Assembly: GCA_951406725.2 (NCBI GenBank)
Contig: OX597828.1
Location: 2,418,001 to 2,482,000, forward strand
DNA: 64,000 bases
From: Octopus vulgaris
Taxonomy: Eukaryota
Reading direction: 5' to 3'
Below are positions 53,679 to 64,000 of the stretch, in pieces. The stretch's first letter is position 1, and every line of letters begins with the position of its first letter. The notes below the pieces were generated by a model that worked only from the letters and a program-made list of their open reading frames with translations, did no database searches and was not told the origin of the DNA. Position numbers and translations under genes: made by a program.

Positions 53679-54419
53679 GTCTAGAATGAGGAGCATTTTG
53701 AACCTTCTGCAAAAGTATTTCTCTGCTCTTCATAGCTGTTCTTACATTGTATTAAGAACTTACCAGACAATTCTTGCTGAACCTAGAAGATATGCTTTCA
53801 GCACTGCACCTGCCCCTAATGAAGATCAAGTTTATCAAGGATCATTCACAGATTTTATGTCATTGTTTCCAAGGCTCCAATAAGAACCAGCAGTATTATG
53901 ACCTTGTATACTTTTCTGTTCTAGCATTTAAGCATTTCCTACTTAAAGATGGAGTAATACTTTATTTTTTCTTTTCCTTTTTTTTTTTTTTTACTCTGAA
54001 TCAAGAGGATATGTTATAAATTCATTATTAGTCTGCGCTGTTTTGATTTTTTTTGTCTAATTAACATTCAGATATAAAATCTTAATCAGATATAAAATCA
54101 CAGCAAACATAAGGTCTTCAATTATGAAGGAAGAGAAAGGACTGAAAGAAATGCATGCCTTTCTGAAGAGTATTAGTGAAGAAAGAGAAATGATATGGAT
54201 GACCAGAAACTAAGAGCTGGTCTTAGACTTGGTTTGCCAGATTTTTTTATGTTCTATGACACTCACCTGATCCTGTGTAAATACAAATGCTCAAAATTAC
54301 GGAAGAAAGAAAAGGGATTGGTGTGAAATGAGTGAAATGATTCCAAAAAGAATCTAAATTAAATCCCTGACTCAGCTCTATTACAATACACGATTTCTTC
54401 TTGTTGAGGACTACAAAAT

Positions 54420-55900
54420 CTGGTTTATTGTATTCTATTCTTCTTTCAGTTCATTATAGGAAAGTTCCACAACTTCACTATGTCATCTTCAAGGTCTAGC
54501 ATTTTTGTTCTTAATGAATGCTTATAGCATTTTTCTGTGCATGCAAAAACCAAATTTTCTGCAAAAATCCAAAATATTATTGCAGCAACTTTATCATCCA
54601 ATATAATGTAAGTTATGGGCTCATTTGAATCATCACACATTCTGCATTTAGGTGAACAATCCTACTGATCTATCATTCTTGTGATCCAGTTTACGTTTAG
54701 GGTCTGTTCCTATGCTACTAAAGTCATTCTCTTATTCTCTTTCTTCAGTACTCCTTCCTTCAGCCATAGCCAAGTGTCCTTGTTATCTCTTCTCTCTTTT
54801 TCATTTCCATAAAACCAGAAGTTAAGCTTCTTTCTTTCAAAGATTTATTTCCTCTTACCCATATTTTCCTGTTTTCTTCTTTTTATAGGTTCAACACATT
54901 CCGTAAATAGTCCTTCACTTGTTATCTCCTTCAAGAGGGTTTCTTCTTTTCCTTCTAGATGGAATCTAAGACTTGTCAACTCTAGTTCTACTTCTTCAAC
55001 ACTTATTAATCCTCTTTCTCCAGAATAACCAATCTGTATCTAATAAGGAATTCATGCTTCATCATTTTTGTGTCAAAGTCCTTTAGCTCATTCTTTCTCT
55101 ATCAATTCAATGACTCCTACTCCATACATTATTAGGGATTCTTCCCTCAAGTTGATTGCCAGTACAATGTTTCCTGCATTCAATATGGATTTAAGAATTT
55201 TCTTCAATTTGTGAAAATACTTTTCACTGAGGATTTCCTTCATTTTTGATTTTGTCATTTTCCCAATATTTCCAAATATTTACAAGTTTCTTCTGCATTT
55301 GTATCTTCATCATTAGGTAGATCTACTCCAGTATATTTTATAGGTTTTTTCCTTGCTTCATCTCTTTTAATTTCAAGTCATCCCAGTATCATATTCTTAT
55401 AGTTTGCACTAAGGAGTCTAGTAGGCCCATGATTTTGCCACACAGTTTAAATAATCTATAAATAAAGGATGATTCACTTTTCCCCTATTCTTTTGCAGTG
55501 AGTATTCTTCTTTAGCTTTGTTCACTATAACTGACAAAGGGATCAGTGTGACTACAAATAAGATGGAAGAGGAGCTGTCCCCTTGAAAGATTCCTCTTCA
55601 GATCTGTATATGTTAATCTTTCTCCCTCATATTAACTTTATTCTCAAATGACACATTTCTTTTTGTTAACAGATGCTTAATCTTTCTTGAGATCTTGAAG
55701 AGTTTTAGGCATCACTTCATCCATGAATGTGCAGCTAGGCCCTACACTTTTCTGTAAATAATCCACAGAATGCAAATATAAGTCAAGCTGTTTCTGCAAT
55801 TTCTCAAACTGTCTTCTCAATCATTAACTGGTTTGTTTTTTTTTCCTTTTGTACTCATCCATAGGAGGTCACAGGTATCAAAGGTGTTTATTTTATCTCC
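54420..55900 (-). mobile_element. Highly decayed RLE-type LINE
   Basis: RGIFQGDS RT motif (~55575-55598) and CRMCD..EPITYI knuckle (~54610-54648). Confidence 0.6.
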
Positions 55901-56773
55901 ATTTTGTTTTGAGTGGAAGCTATGCCTCCTCCTTCTTAGTTATTTGCGAATGTGGTGGTTATCATAATTCTGATATGAGAAGATACAGATTTCTGTTAGA
56001 TTGTCATAAGGATAATGTTTTTGTGTATGTATGAATGCAAATGGAGTTAAGAGTCATTTGAATCAATCCTAATATAGTATTTGTTCTCAGAACAGTGAGT
56101 CATGAAACTGACTCACATAAATGATAAAAATAGCAGCTGGTCTGCCATTTTCATTATTTGTATTAAATCACCTGCCATAAACAGAGACAGCAAAAAAAAA
56201 AGATTAAATAAAGCAAAATAATGTCATCAAAGATACAGGAACATGAAAAGAAGTTTACTAATTTCTGCATCAATGAAAGGTGTGGACGTACAAAGAAAGG
56301 CTAAACAATGAACTGGATGCAACAGGCTTTGTCTTACAAAGACATTCTGAATAAAACATGTCCCCACTTATCACAAAAACCTGCATGCAACAATTCTTCA
56401 CTTACCACACAACATAATACATAAGAAAAAGCTTTATGCTCTTTATTGTGTATAACGGTGTACTAGCATGGTCCCAGATAAAACAAAAAAATATAACCTG
56501 GGTGCTGGTTGTATGGATCATACTCAAATGTTTGATCAATATAATTCAACAACAAAAACTACAACTGACACTTGTGTTATTGAAAAGATTTATGCTTGAT
56601 ATTTCTTTGTTCTGTCAACTGAGAAGGGCAATATAATCATAAGTTGTTAGGCCCTCTAGGACAGAGGTTTGAATAGCTGTGTTAGGTTAATATGGTTAAT
56701 GTTCATTTAGAATTGTTGAAGGTTGGAGAGAACACAAATAATGGTAAAAAGAGAAATATTATGACAAGGAAAA

Positions 56774-57362
56774 GATCAGGTGAGTGTCATAGAACATAAA
56801 TAATCTGGCAAACCAAGTCTAAGATCAGCTCTGAATTTCTGGTCATCCATATCATTTCTCTTTCTTCACTAATGTTCTTCAGAAAGGCATGCTTTTCATT
56901 CTGTCATTTTCTTATCCTTTGTAATTGAAGACTTTGTACCTGTGTTTGCTGTGAAAGCTGAGTTAAGATTTTATATCTGAATGTTAAATTCATCATTAGT
57001 CTGAGCCGTTTTGATTTTTTTGTATAGTTAACATTCAAATATAAAATCTTGACACAGCTTTCACAGTAAACACAGGTACAAAGTCTTCAATTACAAAGAA
57101 TGAGAAAATGACAGAATGAAAAGCATGCCTTTCTGAAGAACATTAGTGAAGAAAGAGAAACGATATGGATGACCAGAAATTAAGATCTTGTTTGCCAGAT
57201 TATTTATGTTCTATGGCACTCACCTGATCTTGTGTGAACAGAAAAGCTCAAAATTATGGATGCGAGAAAAGGGTGTGAAACAAGTAATGCGAGAAAATTG
57301 GTGTGAAACAAGTAAAGTGAAATGGTTCAACCAGAATCTAAATTAGATCCCTGACTCGGCTC
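56774..57362. repeat. Inverted repeat (~210-bp arms) with a third direct copy at 54019-54377
   Basis: 56774-56987 is the reverse complement of 57028-57229; 56988-57362 matches 54019-54377. Confidence 0.88.
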
Positions 57363-57625
57363 TCAGCAATTTACTTCTAATGTGCAACATTTTCCAGACT
57401 CAAATTCTATATACATTAATCATTTATTAATTATGTCTGAAATTATATTGGTTATGTGACTCAATATATTTTGAAAATGATCAAATGAAGTCAATGGTAA
57501 CCTGATCTAAACTACGATTGCATTTTAGTGCATTAGGTTACAAACAGGGGACGATTGATGATGTCCCATGTATTGCTGTGTAAACACTTATAACTCTTTC
57601 AATTATGAATAAAATCTCCTCTTAC

Positions 57626-57659
57626 CTGTTACAAGGACAGTTCTCTTGGTTGTTGGCAT
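57626..57659 (-). CDS. PGPEP1: Pyroglutamyl-peptidase I, coding exon 1 (whole exon 57626-57675 including 5'UTR)
   Basis: ttttacag| acceptor at 57675, ATG at 57659, MPTTKRTVLVT-G|gtaag (34 coding nt, phase 1). Joins the next exon to give the family motif VLVTGFGPF. The acceptor implies an upstream non-coding exon. Confidence 0.9.
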
Positions 57660-60600
57660 TCCTATTTTAGACAATCTGTAAAACAAAACAAAATTTTAAA
57701 AATTAATTGCAGAAGCTTTGAATATGCTTTGTTTGAACAATTTCATTTATTTACAGAGATTTTTGACTTAACTGAATGACTCATTTGTAAATGAGCAGAG
57801 CAACCAATTTCACTTCTCATTTCTGCTTCGGAAAGAGCAATGGTCATCTATGATGCTCAGTAAAAGTCAGTGGACATTATTTATCCGTTACTTAGCAACT
57901 CAAAAACAAGATGGACATTTGACATACCAAAACTTTTAGAGGAAAAGTAATGTGAATATATTGCTCATTGGGAAAGTGTGAGCAAGCATTTCTTTATCAA
58001 CATTTTATTGACTTCATGTAAATTAATATGATAAATGATTATCTAAACTATGTGACTGAATAAAAGTGGGAGGAGAAGGTAACAAAGAGCAAAACTATTA
58101 GTGAATGTGTAAGAGAGGTGACTTTGTTTGCATAATCATGTAATATGATATAGAGATAATATATGCTAGATGATAAATAGACATAAATTGTATGTAAAGA
58201 GTACATAAAATGGGAGAGAAGTCCTTCAAATCAAATGCAGACGCTGCCTTCTAGACACTTCTAACCTCCAACTAATGTTGTTAAAATGATGATAATATCA
58301 AACAAAAAGATTAACAAAAGAGAGAGTAAAGGGGAAAGAAGGAGAGTGAAAGAGGGTAAGTGAGAAAAGAAGAGAGAGACAACTAAGTTGGAAGTTGGTT
58401 ATGAAAGAAAATTACTAAACATGTCAGGAACTCTTCATTTTAGTTTCAGAAACTCTGAGGTTTTACCTAAGAAACGAGTTAACAGGAATCTACATTATTA
58501 TCATAATTTCTCATGTTGGGCCTCACTGAGGAGATGACAAGGGACCAAGACTTCTAGTAATTTGCTGTACTCGACAAGACATGGCCATCCCTACATATAG
58601 GCATGTCTTTTATGGCCACACCCCCACTCCCTCTCCCAGCCAAGAGGTCTTTGTTTTACAGGAGTCAGTGCCACATAAAAGGCACTTATGCCAGTGCCAT
58701 ATAAAATGCACTCGTGTCAATGTCACATAAAAAGGACCCAGCACAGTTTGTAAAGAGATTAGCATTAGGAAGGGCATCCAGCTGTAGAAACCAGACCAAA
58801 ACAGACAATTGGAGCTTGGACAACTCTCTGGTTGGCCAGCTCCGGTCAAACCATCCAACTCATGCCATTGTGGAAAACAGATGTTAAATGATAATGTTTT
58901 GATGATGATGATGATGATGATGATAATTACAAGTATTTTAGCAGGAAAAAATTGCAGCTCTAGTGATAGGACAGAAACCATTGTTTTCAGATTGGCAATA
59001 AATCAACTTTGTTGAATTCAAAAACAAAAAATAAAAATAATTTTAAAATTATAAAAAAAGATATATCAAAGTACTTTTGATCTGATACATGTTGAAACTA
59101 AAACAATTAATTCATGGTAAAGTCACAATGGACACTTAAAAATTCGCAAACACAGTTATATTCATTTTTGTTCAAGGCTTACTTATTTTATTTTTAGATA
59201 TTCAAGTCTTTTGTCAATCATTTGTGACTTGTTCACTGATACTCTATACCATTGTAATTTGTGAAATTGTACATTAGTTATTGGGTCGTAAATATAAACT
59301 TAATTTGTATTATGATCAAAGTAGTAAACACACGTGAGATTATTGACAGTGTACGTGTGTTTTAGATAACTATTATATCTCTGCCATTATGCACCTGATA
59401 CATCAAGTACAAATGAACTTAAGAGGAGAGACTGAGAAGAATATGTTCTATGATATATCCAAGAGTGGACATTTTCATTATAGCTATATTTTGTAGCTCC
59501 TTTATCAAATGTAGTTGGTGATAAGGATGGGAGATGAGGACAGGGAAGAGGTAGGATATTTGGTCAATTTTTTATATATATAAAAGTGTATTTTGCAAAT
59601 ATACAAGGGAAAAGGTATGTCACCTTTACTTTATGTGCAAGGAGAGACTAAACAATAAAACACTATCTCATCATCCTCATTGTTGAACGTCCACTTTTCC
59701 TGCTGGCAGGGTGGGATGGTTTCACAGGAACCAGCCAAGCAGAAGCTTGCACCAGTCTTCTGTGACTGTTTTTGCAGGATTTTTACAGTTGGATGCCCTT
59801 CCTAACACCAATCACCTAGCAGAGTGGACTCAGTACTTTTTACGTAGCACAATCACAGGCAAGGTCAGTTTTTACAGTTGGATGTCCTTCCAAATGCCAA
59901 CCACTTTGCAGTGTGGACTGGATGCTTTGTAAGTGGCACCAGCACTGGCAGGGTCACCAAGTAACTTGCAAGACAAAAATTTTTAGAGAGGGGAAAGGCA
60001 CTGGAGGAGGTGATCTTGTCAGATGATAAAAGTGAGACAGAGACAGGTGTCTTGCTGTAGAGGAGGTACAAGGTTGCCTGGCCAGAGAGAGAGAGAAAAA
60101 AAGAGAGAGATCAGGAATGAAGACAGAAACAGGTGTGCTACCACAAAGGAGATACATGGTTTCCCAACCTAAGGGAAACACAAGAGAAGGAGAGAGAGCA
60201 AGATAGAGATGGTGGCAAAGTGCTGGGCATACTCACAAGGGACAGGGAGCAAAATATAAATGGGATGGTTGAGTAAAGGCAGAGAGAGATATAGATGGTG
60301 GCAAGTGCCAGGGCATACCCTTGAGGTTCAAAGGTCATAGAATAAGTGGCAGACTATTGCCAAAGAAGCATGATTAGGGAGTGCAGCGGGGAAGTGAGTG
60401 GTGAAAACCTGGGTATATATAGAGTAGGAGGGCTACAGGATAGTAATGATGCAGAGAAACAGGGCCATGAGGATAGAATTGAAGAGTGAGAGGTAGGCAT
60501 AGTGCATGAAGGAGGAAATGTGAGGAAGAGAAGAGATGTGGTTTGGTTTGTTGTGGTAGGGTGTGTGAGAAGTTTTCTAAGTTTGGGTGGGACACAACAC

Positions 60601-63199
60601 TTATAGAACTCAGTTTCACTGACGTGGGTGGGTCTTCTCAAAAACCTCATATTGCCAGACATCTCGGTCAATCTCTCATGCACTATATACATTTATAGAT
60701 ATGCATATAAATAAAATAGATATATCATGATTGTTTTTGTTTGCTTTTTCCATGCTTGCATGGGTTGGACGAGACCCTGTTTGGTAAATGACAATTCTGA
60801 TACTAATCCTTACTTTTTGTCAAAGAAATTACCCTATTCTACTGGTTTTCACACATTAAATGGCAGCCAAGTATCTTGTTTATGAGTTCACTACACAAGT
60901 GGTGTGAATGCAAAAGTAACTGGACACACACACACACTCAAATGCATACATATACAATGGTCTTCCAATCTTAGACTGAGCAAAAACAAAGATTATGTGC
61001 ATAATGATGATGATGTTTAAAACATTTCAAGTGCTCACAGTCATCTAACAGTCACAATGTAGTCAGTGGAATGTCAACCCTTGCATTTTATAGAGGTTAG
61101 CATTAGCAAAAGTGTCCTGGGGGTACTCTAGGTATCAATGAAGATCAACAGAGCAGTCCTTCTAAACAACAATTGAAAGTCATTAGGCTGGCAGTGCTAC
61201 TGATGGTGATGGCAGGTTCATCTGAGGTTTAGGATAAACTCACCAGGTACAGTAGCATTACCAGCTGTTCCAAAATCTAAGGAGGGTGACAAAAGTTCTT
61301 CATGCACTCATTCATCTGAAACATTGATGATCTGAGCAATTTTAGCCAAGATCATCCTGATATCTTATTTTACCAAGAAAAGACAAGCAGTTTCTTCTGA
61401 TTATATCAACTCCAGCCAAATATGGGGTCGATATAACCAAATGTGTGTCCTGTGCCTATATTAAAAACAGATATGATTATTTACTGGTGATGTGCCATGT
61501 TTCACTTTGCCATTGTTTACATATTACTGCATTACATTTAATACTAAAACGTTTCTCTTTGGCATATTTATAAATAAGAGACTCTGGAATTCTTAGATAA
61601 CTACTTTATTACCACAGAGTAGACAAAAAGATTTTGGTTTTTCAATATTTACACGATTTAAAAAATATTTACTTATTTACAAATTTGAAAAGATGGTGTC
61701 TTTTTTCATCTGGGGTAGCAGTAATTGATAATATCAAGAGTTGTAGCACCAGTTACACCCAAACATCTCACAAAAGAAAAACTTATTGAAAATTGTAAAA
61801 ATAAAACACTACAAAAAGAAAGGATGAAACCATTATGTCATTTAAACAGACATGCAAACAATGGCACTTTGAAAAATCCAGAAGCATTTGGCAATGGCCA
61901 AGGAAATTTCTATAGACAATAACAAGAACAGGTTCGTTAAAGTCTTGAGCTAACAAAGTGGTGTTACACAGGAATCAGCTCACTGGAGACAATAAGAGAA
62001 ATATGTCACAAAAATCTTGCCACCTTATTTGAAAAACAAAAAAGACAAAGAGAAAAGTAACAGACATCTTCTCAAAAATTAGATGGATTTTCAATTTACC
62101 GTCACTGGAGCAATTGAAGACAACCGTGGATTATGTAGCTGGTCTTTGAAACTGAGAATGAGGTGAGACAACAGACCAAGTTAGTGCATGTGTTCTCAAG
62201 TTTATACCACAATACATAAGAAATAACCCAAGTGTCATGGTTAAAGACATTGGGTTGGACATTTGACTCTTGTCTCTTTATGACCCTTATGGTGTAATAC
62301 AGGCAGGTTGTCAGCAGCAAAGTGATCAGAAATGACATGTTGAGTGAGGTCACTGCACAGATATACATGTCCTAATGAGCACCAGATATCAAAGATCTAT
62401 CCTGGAGCTATCCCTCATCATGAGTGCAGAAACAAAAGTGATACAATTGATGTTGCAGGGCAGAAATGCCAGTTGCTACGTGTGTGCAAGAGACACCGGA
62501 GATTCCCAAGGAAGTGGAAAAGCAAGAGAAAGTGGCATGCAGCAAAGGAACCAGCATGCAACAACAGCAGCAAGGCCCAAAAGTTACTGTTTCCACAATA
62601 AAACTGGTCAAAGCTGTAAGGTTGGTTGGGGAGAATTAACCTGTTAATCTTATCATTGGTGCCAGAGAGATATTTTTCAAAAATTTTGCCAACTTAACTA
62701 GAATTTATTGAAAATAAATTATAGCTAGGAGGAAAAATAACATATCTTCCACTCAAAAAGCAGATGGGTTTTGAGTGTACCCTCAAAGGAACAACCAAAG
62801 ACCACCCTTTAATTGTTCCTTTGAGAGACAGTAAAGAAAAAAAAAACTTAACAAAAGAAAACCAACAGGCCAAAACAAAAGGTGTACCATTTCAGTTGTA
62901 ATCCTTGGTGCTACATGTGACCATTTTTTGTTGTAATCTAGTTTATTTCACCATTTTGAGCATTGCCCACAGAAAAGTTTCAGTTCCCGTATGTATTTTT
63001 GATGGCTCTGTTTCAATTCTTTAATTTCTTGTATCTATCCTTTCTGCTGTATACCAATGTTTAGTGCTAGTTGTGTCTATGGTTTTTAAGGAATTTGTGA
63101 GTGGAGTACTTATTTATTTCAGTTAAATATTTCTTTCGTATTTTTTGTGTGTTGAAATTAAAAATTGCATATATTTCCGTGTTTAACAACCTTTAGATA

Positions 63200-63730
63200 A
63201 AAATCAGCCCTAAACTCCCAAGAGATCTTGATCACTAAGTAACCAGTTTTCACCAGTTCATCATCCAGCTGAGAAAAGGTATGTTTCCATTGTCTCATAT
63301 TGGAAATATGGATGAAACTCCATTAAACTTTGACATGCTGGATAACAAAATGGTAGACTTGAAAGGAGTAAAAACAGTGGTCGTTAAAAGCACAGGATAT
63401 GAGAAAACGAGGTTTACGGTGGTATTATCCTGCATGGCTGACAGTACAAAATTAAAACCCATGGTTATTTTTAACCATAAAACATAGCCCAAAATAGATT
63501 TTCCTCCTAGCGTTTTTGTTCATTTTCACGAGAAAATGTTGATGGATGAAAGTGATGTGAAATTATGGATTGAGACTATATGTAACAGATGGCCAAGTGG
63601 CATATATAATGAACAGTTTATTGGTTTGGAGTATATTTCGTAGCCACGTTATGGCAAATACTAAAACCCAGTTATCCAAAACCAACACTGATATTGCTGT
63701 TATTCCTGATGGTTTAACTTTATTGAAAAA
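63200..63730 (+). mobile_element. pogo/Tigger-like DDE transposase fragment
   Basis: IGNMDETPLNFD..GVKTVVVKSTGYEKTRFTVVLSCMAD..KLKPMVIF; stops downstream. Confidence 0.88.
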
Positions 63731-64000
63731 TTAAGGTTGTGTGTGATCCAAATTGTGTTATTTACCACCAAATGATAATAGATATTTTATGAAAAATATG
63801 TTATTATAAATGTTATTACTACAGTTATACATCACCATTAGAAGTTTTGAAAGGTTAGCGAAAGATAAAGGTTACTATGAGCAGAACCATAACTCAATGC
63901 TTACATTTTCTCAGCTGAGCTTCCATAGATAAAAGTTGATTTCAATGATATAGAATTATCTCTCGAATAGGCTATTTATTATGAAGATATGCCAATAATA

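Noticed and set aside
57132-57170. CTGAAGA...GAAAC hammerhead-like words
   Set aside because: Stem II and stem I do not pair and no proper NUH site is in register.
61130-62650. Moderately GC-rich stretches with short ORFs as a possible PGPEP1 5' exon or gene
   Set aside because: No convincing splice signals or protein family; probably old LINE debris.

Overview
AT-rich, repeat-dense eukaryotic genomic DNA. The SINE/RTE repeat families and (TA)n/(ATC)n microsatellites look like a coleoid cephalopod, probably Octopus (inference). Two spliced minus-strand genes were reconstructed by hand and are mostly missed by the ORF track: (1) a complete 4-coding-exon pyroglutamyl-peptidase I (PGPEP1; 57659->38415, 197 aa, Glu/Cys/His triad intact), and (2) the first three exons of a TM2D3/almondex orthologue (14689->6344; the TM2-domain exons were not found and probably lie left of the window). 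The rest is mostly decayed transposons: RTE, CR1 and RLE-type LINEs, several tRNA-like SINEs, mariner/Tc1/pogo, hAT-Charlie, hATm-like, Merlin and Helitron elements, often nested. The most notable signal is a set of minimal type-I hammerhead ribozyme motifs in Penelope-like/retrozyme-like repeats in or next to (TA)n tracts. These include a 549-nt unit with an 82-nt terminal direct repeat, an intact-looking hammerhead in sense orientation in a TM2D3 intron, and a fold-back copy with a compensatory G3-C8 core swap. All calls are from reading by eye; no searches or folding programs were run, and repeat boundaries are approximate.
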